Sequence record: SRR20825006_226
Reading direction: 5' to 3' (one strand)
Length of the DNA: 28,757 nt
Part shown: in pieces, positions 1 to 10,968 of the stretch
Layout of the letters: each line of letters starts with the position of its first letter
Position numbering within the stretch: the stretch's first letter is position 1
Translations under genes and position numbers: made by a program
The notes under the pieces: model-generated
The model's database searches: none
Told to the model about the DNA's origin: nothing
Seen by the model: the letters and a program-made list of their open reading frames with translations, nothing else

Positions 1-2290
1 TGGGAGCAAGAGACATTTGATGGAAGCTTGTTGTCTCTCCAATGTAATTATCATCTAGATGCCAAAATATTCTGACGCCTACTTCTCGATGAGCTACCTC
101 AAACACTGTTTTCCCTAGCTTTCCATCGAGCTCTATGGGCACATAAATAGTAGAGGCATAGAATGGATAAATAAGGCGCATTGGGGCAATTTGCTCTTCG
201 GCACATGACGGATCAAGTGTAGGTAATGATTTGTACTCTGCGTGTTTTTTCTTGTAATACCATTCCTCAGCAGGCGGCAAAACAAACCAATTTTTTGGGG
301 TAATTTGGGAAATTTCTGAACAACTACTGTTAACTCGTCGCATTTCTTTGTTCAGAAAAACTCTTTGATGGTAAGCACATATTGAGGTTTTCAGTCCTGT
401 TTTCGGCACCGAAACCGTATCCACAAGCTCACAATATTCGCTTGCTCTGTGTCCACTTAAACGGCAAACACTAATTGTTTCCATTTCAAAAATAGGTTCA
501 TTAAACCAAGTAGTTGATGGTAACACATCAAAAACATCGAACAATAATGGCCCTGCAGTTTTTATACCTGTTAAATTCGGTCGACCTTCTCCATCGGCAT
601 TGCCAACCCAAACACCTACCACAAATTCAGGAGTAATGCCAATGGCCCATCCATCACGATATCCGAAGCTGGTACCTGTTTTCCAAGCTACCTTGCGGCT
701 ACTTTCAAAACGCTTCCAGTACGCTTCATCTTCGGGGCGATTTACCTCTAGCATTGCTTGGAATGTAGCCCAAACGGCTCCTTCGTTTAGTGAAAATGAA
801 TTTCCTCGTTCTTCGGGCTCATCCACTGATTGTTTAAAAATCACTTCCTTAAATTTACCTTTGTCTTTTGAGCGAGGGTCGTAATTATTCAACATTTCTG
901 CCAATGAAGCATACGAGGAAGTGACATCCCAAAGTGTTCCCTCTGCTCCACCTAAAATCAACGATAAGCCATAATGCTCAGGTGGATTTGTGATAGTTTT
1001 TAACCCCAATTCATTCAGGTAATGGTGAAATTTAGGAACTCCAAATTCCTGTAACATATACACTGCTGGCACATTTAAGGAACGCGAAAGAGCTTCAGAT
1101 GCAGGAACCGCTCCATCGTAAGTTCGAGTATAATTCTTTGGAGAGTAATCTGAAAACCGAGAAGGAACATCCGGGACTAAAGTATTTGGCAAAATTTCTC
1201 CCTCATTCAATTTCAGCATATACAAAAATGGCTTTAAGATGCTTCCTGTACTTCGTGGAGCTTGAATTATATCCACACTATGTCCATTTCTGTTTCCTGA
1301 ACCTTCCGTATTTGCAACATAAGCAGCCACTTCTTCTGTTTTTACATTTAACACTAATACGGCTGCATTTTGAATGCCATTTGCACTTAGTTCCCTATGA
1401 TGCTGAGCAACAACTTTATTGATTTGCTCTTGTAGCTGCGCGTTAATTGTAGAGTGGATTTTCTTCCCCCTATTCCCATTCAGATATTGGTTTGCGACAA
1501 CGTGTTGTGCTTCAGAAGGCAACGGATGTGGTTTTTCGGGCAAAGCCTCCAACAAAGACAGTGTGTACGTTAGAGAGTCGATTTTAGTCTGTTCAAACAA
1601 TCGAGAGAGTAATCGATCCCTTTTGGCTTTTAGTGCATCTCTATTTCTTCCAGGATGGATAAGCGCCGGACTATTAGGAAGAACTGCCAGCGTTGCTGAT
1701 TCTGCCCAAGAAAGCTGATCGGGTTTCCTTCCGTAATAACGCCAAGAAGCTGTTTCTAAGCCCACAACATTTCCGCCAAAAGGTGCGTGAGCTGCATACA
1801 TGGCAAGAATCTCTTTTTTGGAGTAAGAAAGTTCAAGCCGAGTAGCCTGAACCATTTCTTTCAGCTTTTCCCAAACGGTACGTTTTGGGTTTTGTTTAGA
1901 AAGGCGAACAACCTGCATACTTAATGTACTAGCTCCACTTACCACTTCGCCAGCTTTGTAATTTTGAATAAGTGCTCTACCGATGGCAACTGGGTCTACA
2001 CCGAAATGGCTTTGAAAATTTCGATCCTCGAACTCCATAATAGCTTGCTCGAATTTATACGGGACTTCATCTGAAATTGGGAAACGCCACTGTCCATCAT
2101 CGGCAATTTTTGCTCCTAGCAACTTACCCGATTTATCCTCCACAACTGTAGAATATGACGCCGAAAATAATGGGCTTGACAAAACATTCCAATAACCTAC
2201 GCCCACAAGAATAAGCCCAAGGAAAAGAACCGCTAACTTCGTCCTTTTCCTTGTAAACGGTAATCGTTTCAGCTTATCCTTTTCTTTCAT
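1..2290 (-). CDS. pbpC: Penicillin-binding protein 1C (transglycosylase/transpeptidase), 3' end beyond window edge
   Basis: Manual translation from ATG at 2290: MKEKDKLKRLPF...GYWNVLSSPLFSASYSTVVEDKSGKLLGAKIADDGQWRFP. Contains TG motifs EDRNFQSHFGVDP and SGASTLSMQ, TP motifs RSTGSILKPF (SxxK) and WKTGTSFGYRDGWAIG. Lies directly downstream of alpha-2-macroglobulin, the usual arrangement. Confidence 0.95.
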   Translation of the reverse strand, partial: MKEKDKLKRLPFTRKRTKLAVLFLGLILVGVGYWNVLSSPLFSASYSTVVEDKSGKLLGAKIADDGQWRFPISDEVPYKFEQAIMEFEDRNFQSHFGVDPVAIGRALIQNYKAGEVVSGASTLSMQVVRLSKQNPKRTVWEKLKEMVQATRLELSYSKKEILAMYAAHAPFGGNVVGLETASWRYYGRKPDQLSWAESATLAVLPNSPALIHPGRNRDALKAKRDRLLSRLFEQTKIDSLTYTLSLLEALPEKPHPLPSEAQHVVANQYLNGNRGKKIHSTINAQLQEQINKVVAQHHRELSANGIQNAAVLVLNVKTEEVAAYVANTEGSGNRNGHSVDIIQAPRSTGSILKPFLYMLKLNEGEILPNTLVPDVPSRFSDYSPKNYTRTYDGAVPASEALSRSLNVPAVYMLQEFGVPKFHHYLNELGLKTITNPPEHYGLSLILGGAEGTLWDVTSSYASLAEMLNNYDPRSKDKGKFKEVIFKQSVDEPEERGNSFSLNEGAVWATFQAMLEVNRPEDEAYWKRFESSRKVAWKTGTSFGYRDGWAIGITPEFVVGVWVGNADGEGRPNLTGIKTAGPLLFDVFDVLPSTTWFNEPIFEMETISVCRLSGHRASEYCELVDTVSVPKTGLKTSICAYHQRVFLNKEMRRVNSSCSEISQITPKNWFVLPPAEEWYYKKKHAEYKSLPTLDPSCAEEQIAPMRLIYPFYASTIYVPIELDGKLGKTVFEVAHREVGVRIFWHLDDNYIGETTSFHQMSLAP

Positions 2291-2305
2291 TCTAATTCCA
2301 AAACA

Positions 2306-5300
2306 TCAATTTGTAGGCACAACATTTACCCACATACCAGATGTGCGGGAACTTATTGTTTCATCGTACATGGCGGATGTATTTACCGCTGGCAAATAGT
2401 ATTTACCAACAAAACTGGCGTTTAACTCCACTCTAAATGTTTTGCTTTTGCTCGCTCTTAAATCAAAGTAGGTGTACACTCTGTCATCTCTTACATCTTG
2501 ATATTCGAAACTAGCAGTTGGCTCACTAAAGGATTCATCATCCATGCGTGTATTTCTAATTTCCCAACCTGAAGGGAAGATTTGTGTTAGCACCACTTCT
2601 TCATAATCACCTCTTAAACCCGGATTTGTAATACTTACCTCGGCAATAAAGTCGGTACCCTGCTTAATTTTTGCGGGATCAATTGCTTTGCCTTGTAAAT
2701 CTGTAAATCGAATTTTCTGTTTTAGACTATTGGAGTTAGAAACAGAATCGCCCAAAAGAGGTGTTCCTTTTAGGATTAACCGTGCAAATAAAGCACCCTC
2801 ACCTTGATTAGAAAACTTCAGCTTGTTGGTCGCCTTTTCATCCATCTTCAATTCGAGTTGAGTGATATAAGCTCTAGAATCAATTCCACTATTAGTTTTT
2901 CCATTCAATGTGAATGAGGCTTGAATTTCCCCTGAAGTGCTGAATTGCTCTAAATATTTAGAAATAGCAATGAGACTGTATGCCGTTGTTTGTGTGCTAA
3001 ACCAACGTTGTGAACTTAGTTCTTTGGAAAGATCACGAGCAATCAGGCTAGCTTCATCATTTCGATTTACCAAACTCAACGTCTCTAAAATCATAGCACG
3101 ATCTCGAGTTGAAGAACCATAACTTCTAGAAAGTTCCGTATAGCTTGGAACTTCTACTGAAAGACCATCAATAAGGATGTTAGCCGCTTCTTTTTGGCCG
3201 ATAATTGCATAACTAGCAGCCAATCTCCATTTTGCTTGTAATGATAAATTTTCCTGTTCTCTCAAGCGATTCATTGCCCCGAGGTCGGGAGTATTTGCTA
3301 ATGCTAGCGTATACAAACGGTATGCTTGAATTAAATCTGAACGATAATAATCGGACTGTTTCTTCCAATTACGAGCTCTTTCTCTCTGGAAAGAATTAAT
3401 TCTATCCAGCACATTAGTTGAAACGTAATAGCCTTTCTTTTGGGCTTCGAGCAGGAAGTGGTAAGCATAGTTTGTGCCCCAAGAATTTGGATCTTCTTGT
3501 CTTGGCCAATAAGCGAGCCCACCGCTGGAAGTCATGAATGTTTCAATTCTCTTAATTCCAGCATCAATATTTTTTTGAATTTCTGATTTTCGTTGAGAAT
3601 TGAGATCCATCACATCCGCCACAAAAAGCTGAGGAAATATTCCCGATGTAGTTTGTTCTATACAACCATGTGGATATCGAATGAGATAATCGAGTCTTCT
3701 TCCGAAATCGATTGGTGGAATTCTAGAAATTTCTAGCACCGCTGTATTTGAGCCAATCATTCCCTGCGGTTCAAAATCTATATTCCATTCTTTGCCTTCA
3801 GAAACAATGGCATTCTTCACATCCACATACGGTGTATTTGGATTACGAACGGCAATTTCGATTTCATGGTGAGCGGTTTCGTTTCCACTTCTAACTTCTA
3901 CTCTAATTGTACCTACTCCAATAGCAGGTTTCGTTTTTAGTTTAAAAGAAACTAGTTCGTCACCTGGTTCTGAGAAGTTCACCGTTGCTGTTTTACTTCC
4001 TACTATTTCGAATAATTCGTTCGCCTCAATACGAACATCTACCTCTCTTACTGATTCTTTCATTGCAAAAACATTGACTGGTAAATCTACATTTTCGCCA
4101 GGGCCTAACACACGTGGCAAAGTCGCCAAAACCATAACAGGTTTACGGACAGGAGTGGTGGTTTCGGCATTCCCATAAGCACCATTCTGACCAGCAACTA
4201 CCATTGTGCGAACTGAACCAACATAGTTTGGTATAGAGATGGTGTGCTTTTTGGTTTCCCCTGCATTAAGTGTAAAAGGACCGATAAATCGAACCATTGG
4301 CTTAAATCGATTTGCTTCGTTTAAAGGATCTGCAGCTTTTAATTCACCATCACCTCCAACAGCTAAAATCCGAGATACATTTCCTGCGTAAGCATCGCTC
4401 ACATATTCAAATAAATCCCATGTTTTAACACCTAACGCTTCGCGAGCATAGAATAACTCGTGTGGAGATGGTGTTTTGAAATTTGTAAGGTCGAGCAATC
4501 CGTCATCTACAATAGCTACGGTGTAAGTCATTGCTTTCCCATTCTCTTCACTTATTTCAATTTCAGCCTGAGTTTCTGGTTTTAACTCAACGGCCATATT
4601 AATCTGCGGTTTGAGAATAGTAGCTGGGTTATCAATCTCGATTGGAATAACACCATACATTCTTATTGGCAAATCGTTTCTTTCTTGTCCATGCGGTTGA
4701 ATGTGCATTACATGAGCGTACACATTTGGACTCATTTCCGCCGTAGATTGAAACTCATATTTTGTAGTTCCTTCTTGTCCATTCAGCCACTTTGTACTCA
4801 ATACTTTTGAGCCTGTTTCTAAACTAACAAGGATTTTACTTTCTGCACTGCTTGGAATGTTTAGTGTTACTTTTTCGCCTACAGTGTAATTGTCTTTATC
4901 GGAATTGAATGACAGTCTAGCAGGACTTACCCCAGACCCTCTCCCACCGTACCAACTGTAATACACTACTGTACTTGCTGTATGCCCGCCTTTTGGATCT
5001 TTTACTCTTACTAAATATCGTCCACCATCTTCATTCTCTGGCAATTTTAAATCAAAATATCCTTTCCCATCTGCACCCGTTTTTACTTTTCCTTGAGTTA
5101 CTTGACGAACATTTCTTCGTTCAAAATAGCTACTCAAGTCTTCGTTATTACGCTCCCACCACCATCGGTAGCGGATGTTATACACTTCGTATTCCAATTC
5201 TTTGGAGCCCGTGCCCTCGCCTTCATTATTTATAGAGGCAACTTCAAAGCGATGACTCTCTCCTCTTGAAAGCCAATTCCCATAACTCCAATCTTCTTGA

Positions 5301-7846
5301 TTTGGGCTTTTTATTCCCACTAAATGTTCGAAAGGGAAATAATACGTTGAAGCACTGCCCACACTAAAATTCCCAGAGTTTTCAAATACACGCATTTTTA
5401 AGTTCACACGAACTCTTCCAGGACCTTCCTTCAGTTTATTAAATGTATAATTAACTTTGGCCTTTCCGCTATTATCTAACTTTCCATTAAATATTTGTTC
5501 TGGATCTGATGAATACGAAACTGCTTCATCCGAAAATGAAAATCCTGGAAATTTCTCATAAAATGGAGCTGAAGGTGTGGTACTCATCTCCACGTCTGCC
5601 TTTAAACCACGAGCGATTGCTCCATGTAACCAACGTGATTCCAACTCGGCTTCCAATTTCCTTTCTTTACCTGATATGAAAGTGTCGATGAAATTCATTT
5701 CCACTTTAAGTCGGTTCGGCTTCACCGTTTCAACTTTTAGTACTTTGGAAAAAGTTAAACCACCCACGCGCGCTTTAATTCGCCAATTTCCTGTTGGAGA
5801 TTGTTTCTCTGTATGTCCTTCATACACATACATTCCATTTAAAGAAGCATGGAAGGTCTGTCGATTAACAACCTGTCCCGATGGATTAGATAACTCGAAA
5901 CTAACTGGATGATCTTTAGGCAACACACCATTTTTATCTTCCAAAATTAAGCTAACGTGTAAGGTATCGCCTGGGCGCCAAACACCACGTTCGCCATATA
6001 AAAAGCCTTTTACTCCTGTCTGAACTTCTGCGCCCGAAACATCAAAATCACTCACCGAAAGTGAATTACCATCATTAAGTTTTAAATACCCTTTCTGTTT
6101 TCCTGAACTAGCAACTAGGTAAAATGGATCTCTTGCAACACGTACAGCCACCTTTCCATCTTTATCAGAAATTACTTTAGTGATAGACTGCTGCTGATAA
6201 TCAAAAAATTCAACTTCTACACCGCTTTTTGGTTGGGCAGTATTTATATCGGTTACAAAAGCGATTACATTTTCGCCTTCCGATTTCTTAACGATTAGCC
6301 CCAAATCTGATGCTAAAATTTTGCGTTGCACATTGTGCTCATCTGTGTAATACGAGATATGGCAAGGGTTTTCTCTTTCATTCCATTTAAAGCCATTTGG
6401 ATATCTATTGGAATCGTAACTCTTCCAATAATCAGCCTCCGCATCCGGATTTAATGTCCAAGTTCGGTTTGTTAACGAGCTACGTGTCTCTTCATCATTT
6501 TCGCCACATTCATAAATAGCTTGATGCTTTCTAAACCCAAGCTCAACAAAATAAATAGCGCCGGGTTCAGGTTCTATAATTTTAGATAAATCTAGTGCGT
6601 AATTATTCCAGCTACCAGCTTCTACCGTTCCTAATGTTGAAAGAGGAATTACGCCACCAAATACAGGTCTACCTACTTGATTCAAACTCCATCCACGCAC
6701 CTCACCCATATCTTGGTCTTGGAAATGTTGGCCAATATTATTTTCAAATATTCGAGTTATTCTTACATCAATAGCGCCAAGGCTCACCGATTTAAAAGGC
6801 AACAATAAGTTTTTAGATTTTGGGATGATTACTCCTTTACCCAATAACTCTAGCTGTGGTTTAGGCTGATTGAATTGGATTTGACGAGTTATTTCTGTTC
6901 CTAACTTTTTTCCTTTTTCATTTTGAATGGAAGAATCTATGGTAAGCGTTTTGGCACCTGTTTGTAATCCTCTTGGTGTAACAACAATCTTATTATCTTT
7001 AACTAGAAGATTTAAATTTGGCATGTCTTGAACGGCGACTAAGCCATCTAAATTCTGGCTATCATCTAATGGGTCAGAAAAGGTCAATTCTATTCTTGGA
7101 TTGCTATCCGTAAAAACGCGCGTGCTTATAAGATCGAAATCGGTGGATGGCGTAATATCTATCCATTGCGATCCTTTAGAAGATGCTCCAATTGGAGTTC
7201 CATCCCATTGTATTTCTAACTGTGATGGTGTTCTCTCCCGCTTAATTCCTGTTATCTGAAACCTGTGCTCCAATCTCCCTTGATTTGGCAACCAATTTAG
7301 GACGAGTTCGTTATTCCCTCTTTGCTTTACGTTAAGCACTCTTTTAACGTTAGATAATTTTGCTTCATCTGCGGTAAAAATAGCGCCGGAAAGCTGAACC
7401 AAATTTGAATTTCCAGGAGCCGACTCAACTTCTCCCATTTGTAATTCTAAATCTTGCTGAATGGTTTTGAAAGCGAAATGAAACGCCTGCTTATCCTCAG
7501 ATACATCCACCACTTTGCCCAAGTTGAATGTTACAGAATACTCGGTATCAGAACTTAGAGGCTGGTTTGGTTTAAATACGAACGTCTGATCATTTACCCA
7601 TTTTGAAGTTCCCGCTACTTTCGGTTCTAGTTGTAATAATACCAACAACTCATTTGTCTTTTCTACAGGTTGGGTAAGTGTAACAGCTATTTCACCTACT
7701 GCACTTAGTTCACCAGAGGTATACGCTTGAATGTACTCTGTAAAGTCAGCGGGATTAGAAAGCTGCTCAGATTTATCTTCTTTTGAGCAAGAAAATATTG
7801 TACTAAGAGATACGAATAAGATTAGAAAACAAGCGCGGTTCAACAT
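2306..7846 (-). CDS. Bacterial alpha-2-macroglobulin (YfhM-like) lipoprotein
   Basis: 1846 aa, lipobox IFSC, MG-domain motifs (YGERGVWRPGDT), thioester motif YPHGCIEQ (CxEQ, 3653-3664), C-terminal DVRDDRV...YYLPA...AMY; adjacent to pbpC. Confidence 0.95.
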   Translation of the reverse strand: MLNRACFLILFVSLSTIFSCSKEDKSEQLSNPADFTEYIQAYTSGELSAVGEIAVTLTQPVEKTNELLVLLQLEPKVAGTSKWVNDQTFVFKPNQPLSSDTEYSVTFNLGKVVDVSEDKQAFHFAFKTIQQDLELQMGEVESAPGNSNLVQLSGAIFTADEAKLSNVKRVLNVKQRGNNELVLNWLPNQGRLEHRFQITGIKRERTPSQLEIQWDGTPIGASSKGSQWIDITPSTDFDLISTRVFTDSNPRIELTFSDPLDDSQNLDGLVAVQDMPNLNLLVKDNKIVVTPRGLQTGAKTLTIDSSIQNEKGKKLGTEITRQIQFNQPKPQLELLGKGVIIPKSKNLLLPFKSVSLGAIDVRITRIFENNIGQHFQDQDMGEVRGWSLNQVGRPVFGGVIPLSTLGTVEAGSWNNYALDLSKIIEPEPGAIYFVELGFRKHQAIYECGENDEETRSSLTNRTWTLNPDAEADYWKSYDSNRYPNGFKWNERENPCHISYYTDEHNVQRKILASDLGLIVKKSEGENVIAFVTDINTAQPKSGVEVEFFDYQQQSITKVISDKDGKVAVRVARDPFYLVASSGKQKGYLKLNDGNSLSVSDFDVSGAEVQTGVKGFLYGERGVWRPGDTLHVSLILEDKNGVLPKDHPVSFELSNPSGQVVNRQTFHASLNGMYVYEGHTEKQSPTGNWRIKARVGGLTFSKVLKVETVKPNRLKVEMNFIDTFISGKERKLEAELESRWLHGAIARGLKADVEMSTTPSAPFYEKFPGFSFSDEAVSYSSDPEQIFNGKLDNSGKAKVNYTFNKLKEGPGRVRVNLKMRVFENSGNFSVGSASTYYFPFEHLVGIKSPNQEDWSYGNWLSRGESHRFEVASINNEGEGTGSKELEYEVYNIRYRWWWERNNEDLSSYFERRNVRQVTQGKVKTGADGKGYFDLKLPENEDGGRYLVRVKDPKGGHTASTVVYYSWYGGRGSGVSPARLSFNSDKDNYTVGEKVTLNIPSSAESKILVSLETGSKVLSTKWLNGQEGTTKYEFQSTAEMSPNVYAHVMHIQPHGQERNDLPIRMYGVIPIEIDNPATILKPQINMAVELKPETQAEIEISEENGKAMTYTVAIVDDGLLDLTNFKTPSPHELFYAREALGVKTWDLFEYVSDAYAGNVSRILAVGGDGELKAADPLNEANRFKPMVRFIGPFTLNAGETKKHTISIPNYVGSVRTMVVAGQNGAYGNAETTTPVRKPVMVLATLPRVLGPGENVDLPVNVFAMKESVREVDVRIEANELFEIVGSKTATVNFSEPGDELVSFKLKTKPAIGVGTIRVEVRSGNETAHHEIEIAVRNPNTPYVDVKNAIVSEGKEWNIDFEPQGMIGSNTAVLEISRIPPIDFGRRLDYLIRYPHGCIEQTTSGIFPQLFVADVMDLNSQRKSEIQKNIDAGIKRIETFMTSSGGLAYWPRQEDPNSWGTNYAYHFLLEAQKKGYYVSTNVLDRINSFQRERARNWKKQSDYYRSDLIQAYRLYTLALANTPDLGAMNRLREQENLSLQAKWRLAASYAIIGQKEAANILIDGLSVEVPSYTELSRSYGSSTRDRAMILETLSLVNRNDEASLIARDLSKELSSQRWFSTQTTAYSLIAISKYLEQFSTSGEIQASFTLNGKTNSGIDSRAYITQLELKMDEKATNKLKFSNQGEGALFARLILKGTPLLGDSVSNSNSLKQKIRFTDLQGKAIDPAKIKQGTDFIAEVSITNPGLRGDYEEVVLTQIFPSGWEIRNTRMDDESFSEPTASFEYQDVRDDRVYTYFDLRASKSKTFRVELNASFVGKYYLPAVNTSAMYDETISSRTSGMWVNVVPTN

Positions 7847-8067
7847 TGGACTAAATCTATGGGGTTTGATTGGTAGGTATATCCATAACTACAGATTCTT
7901 ATAAAAGTTCTGCACTTTTATTGTGCTTTTTCCAAAACACACAGAACTTCAATAAGTACTTTCAAAAGTACTTATTGAGGGACTCTTTTGACACTTTATT
8001 TATTGGAAAATCAAAGTTTTGTATACTCGGTCTACAATATTGTATTCAACAAAAGTATATACGAGAG

Positions 8068-9849
8068 CTAAAGGTACTTACTAAAGAGTTCCTCTAGCTT
8101 ATCAATGCTTAACGGCTTACTTAGAAATTCAAGAATGCCCACTTTTTCATAATTTTCTAAATCTGCATTCATAATGTCTGCTGAAACCGCAATTATGCGG
8201 GGGAGGGTTTTGCCAACATAGAATTTTGAGATAATTCCCGAAGCTTCAATACCATTCATTACTGGCATTTGGATATCCATAAAAATGAAATCATAAACGG
8301 TTTCTAGAGCCTTATCAACCGCTTCTTTTCCATTGCTAACAACTTCAATATTAGCAATGCCAATATGATTTAGCATTTTTTCAAGAACTAATTGATTCAC
8401 TAATACATCATCAACCACAAGAATTTTTAGAGAATCATAGGTGACAGAAGTCTCTTCTTCGTCCCTTAGTGAGATAGGAGGACTTTCGCATACATCAAAA
8501 GGTAATTCAAAACTAAATGTAGACCCTTGCCCTGGCGTTGAACAAGCTTGAATAGTTCCACCCATTAACTCTACCAATTTTTTACTTATCGCGAGTCCTA
8601 GCCCAGTTCCTTCTATCATTAAACCACTATTGGCTCTAAAAAATTTATCAAACAAATTTTTCTGATCTTCTTCTGATATACCAATTCCTGTATCAATAAC
8701 AGAAAACTTTACTCTAACACTGTCGAGGGTTGAATTAATCAAATCTACGTTAACAGTAACGCTTCCTTCTCTAGTAAACTTTATAGCATTATTAATAAGA
8801 TTTATAAGAACTTGCCGCACTCTTGTGGTATCCCCAATAACCGTCTCTGGTATCCTATTATCGTAATTTAAGATCAGCTGAACTCTTTTACTTTTTGCCG
8901 AAGTTCTATGCTCAAATAGTTCTATCAGCTCACTAACTTCTTCATGAATATGATTTTCGTTCTTTTCTAGAATTACTTTCTCATTTTCAATCATAGTTAG
9001 ATCCAAAACATCTACAATCAAACTATGCAACATTTTACTGCTATAAGTCAGGCTCTTGAGTAACTCCTTTTGTTCACGATTGAGTTCAGTGCTTGCCAAA
9101 AGCTCTGTTAAACCTACTACTCCATTCAACGGAGTTCGCATTTCATGGCTAATAGTTGCCAAAAACTGTGATTTTGCTTTATCTGCTAGTTGAGCTCTCT
9201 CCTTCTCAATTTCTAGCTCATCAATAACTTTACTCAGCTTTGTTCTATTTGTTAGGTACGCTTTTTTAAATGTATAAAAGCTAAATCCTAACGTAATAAC
9301 CATTATAACACCAGTAATGGTTATATCTCTAATTCGCTCCATATCGGTGGCATATTGAACCGCTACTTGAGGGTTCATTAATTCGAATACGCCATAGCTT
9401 AACACTAGTGTTGCCGAAGCCGAGATTAAAAAGAGATATGTTTTAGGAGGTAAAACTAACAGCCCTGATATAAATATCAGCACGAAAAAATGCATAATCG
9501 AACCGCCAATTCCACCTGAGGGTAACCAAGCTATGGCAAGTATCAAATATGCTGCAGTGTAGTACAAGCTTGCAACAATAGTAAAAGAAACACCTTTTTT
9601 GAATAGTGCGTAAATTCCTAAGTATATAGTAAAACTAATCGCATAAATAATCCTGACAGAGAAATTATAGCCAATGATGTTCGAAACTATAACCCAAAAG
9701 AAAAGAATTAGCACCGTAAGTGCTATTGTGAGTTCAAAAAGCTTGAGTTCTATTTCTAAACTTTTTCCAGCAAAAGATGTCCTTTCTTTACTTTTCAATG
9801 CATCTATTTTTTGCAACAAGTCCATTAGCTTTTTTTCAAGCTGTTGCAT
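8068..9849 (-). CDS. Membrane hybrid sensor histidine kinase (HisKA-HATPase-REC)
   Basis: Several N-terminal TM helices; H-box SHEMRTPLNG, N-box NLINNAIKFT, G-boxes DTGIGI and GTGLGL; C-terminal receiver (VVDD, MDIQMP, KP). Confidence 0.93.
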   Translation of the reverse strand: MQQLEKKLMDLLQKIDALKSKERTSFAGKSLEIELKLFELTIALTVLILFFWVIVSNIIGYNFSVRIIYAISFTIYLGIYALFKKGVSFTIVASLYYTAAYLILAIAWLPSGGIGGSIMHFFVLIFISGLLVLPPKTYLFLISASATLVLSYGVFELMNPQVAVQYATDMERIRDITITGVIMVITLGFSFYTFKKAYLTNRTKLSKVIDELEIEKERAQLADKAKSQFLATISHEMRTPLNGVVGLTELLASTELNREQKELLKSLTYSSKMLHSLIVDVLDLTMIENEKVILEKNENHIHEEVSELIELFEHRTSAKSKRVQLILNYDNRIPETVIGDTTRVRQVLINLINNAIKFTREGSVTVNVDLINSTLDSVRVKFSVIDTGIGISEEDQKNLFDKFFRANSGLMIEGTGLGLAISKKLVELMGGTIQACSTPGQGSTFSFELPFDVCESPPISLRDEEETSVTYDSLKILVVDDVLVNQLVLEKMLNHIGIANIEVVSNGKEAVDKALETVYDFIFMDIQMPVMNGIEASGIISKFYVGKTLPRIIAVSADIMNADLENYEKVGILEFLSKPLSIDKLEELFSKYL

Positions 9850-9962
9850 TAACCCATATTTTCTCTATAACGCAGATATTATTACTAATCACAGTGCCTA
9901 TCTACTTAGCTCTTAAACTAACCCTTTTCTTATAATTGTAAATACATTAATTATTTTTTTTC

Positions 9963-9995
9963 AAAAAAAAAGCACGAGCTGAAAAACCCGTGCTT
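9963..9995 (-). terminator. Rho-independent terminator of hflKC
   Basis: AAGCACG/CGTGCTT stem (9970-9976/9989-9995) with an A-run on the left (U-tract on - strand), just downstream of the hflC stop. Confidence 0.75.
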
Positions 9996-10016
9996 AAAAA
10001 TGTAGGTTGGATTTTT

Positions 10017-10958
10017 TTAGAATCCATTCAAATATTTATAAAACTCACTATTTGTAGATATTATAAGCGATGTTTGGGAGTCAATGGTTTTACCATAAGC
10101 TTCCATGCTTTTTACAAAAGAGTATAATTCGCGCGATTGTCGTGTTTTATTATACGCTGCGTTGTAAATCGATGCCGCTTCAGCATCAGCTTTACCTCGA
10201 ATGGTTTCTGCCTCACGGAAAGCTTCCGATTGAATTCTCTTTAGCTCACGATCTTTTTCACCATTAATACGAGAAGCTTCACCTTGCCCTTCAGAGCGGA
10301 ATTTATCAGCGATTCTATTCCTTTCTGAAATCATACGATCATAAACCGTACGGCGAACTTCTTCAGCATAGTTAATTCTTTTAAATCTAAAATCGAGAAC
10401 TACTATTCCCAAATCAGATGTTCTTTCGTTAGCTAGTCTTTGAATTGTTTCCTGAATTTCTTCACGACCAATTTTAATGGTTTCTAGCGAGTCATTTACA
10501 ATATCAGAAATAATGCCTTCTTGTAAAGGAGCTCGGTTTGAACTTCTTATCAGTTCTACCAAATCATGAGAAGCCACCGCATTTCTAGTTTCACCATCTA
10601 AGATGTCTGCTAGTCGAGACTGTGCTCCACGTTCATTACCTAAGCGTTCGTAATACTTAAGTGGATCTGTTATTTGCCATCTCGCGTACGTATCAACAAA
10701 GATGAATACTTTATCTTTGGTAGGAACTTGATTCGGATCTCCATCCCATTCTAAATAGCGTTTTTCAAAATAATTGGCATCTTGAATAAACGGAGTTTTA
10801 AACTTTAAACCTGGCTCAGAAATTGCATCCCCAATGGGGTCACCAAACTGAGTAATAATCACTTGTTCCTGCTCATTAACTATAAACATCGAGTTCATTG
10901 CAATAAAGCCAACAACTCCCAGAATAATTAGTAATCCAAATCCTTTAACATTCTTCAT
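10017..10958 (-). CDS. hflC: FtsH protease modulator HflC (SPFH domain)
   Basis: N-terminal TM; PGLKFKTPF, TKDKVFIFVDTYARWQI, VYDRMISER...FRSEG, IRGKADAEA; follows hflK. Confidence 0.93.
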   Translation of the reverse strand: MKNVKGFGLLIILGVVGFIAMNSMFIVNEQEQVIITQFGDPIGDAISEPGLKFKTPFIQDANYFEKRYLEWDGDPNQVPTKDKVFIFVDTYARWQITDPLKYYERLGNERGAQSRLADILDGETRNAVASHDLVELIRSSNRAPLQEGIISDIVNDSLETIKIGREEIQETIQRLANERTSDLGIVVLDFRFKRINYAEEVRRTVYDRMISERNRIADKFRSEGQGEASRINGEKDRELKRIQSEAFREAETIRGKADAEAASIYNAAYNKTRQSRELYSFVKSMEAYGKTIDSQTSLIISTNSEFYKYLNGF

Positions 10959-10968
10959 TATAATACCT

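Noticed and set aside
600-5912. Short + strand ORFs (600-884, 1099-1422, 1419-1718, 2937-3122, 4975-5235, 5577-5912) and the - strand ORF 3331-3522
   Set aside because: Shadow frames overlapping pbpC and alpha-2-macroglobulin.
1-7846. alpha-2-macroglobulin + pbpC pair as a novel system
   Set aside because: Well-known conserved pairing (yfhM-pbpC); the thioester motif is canonical.
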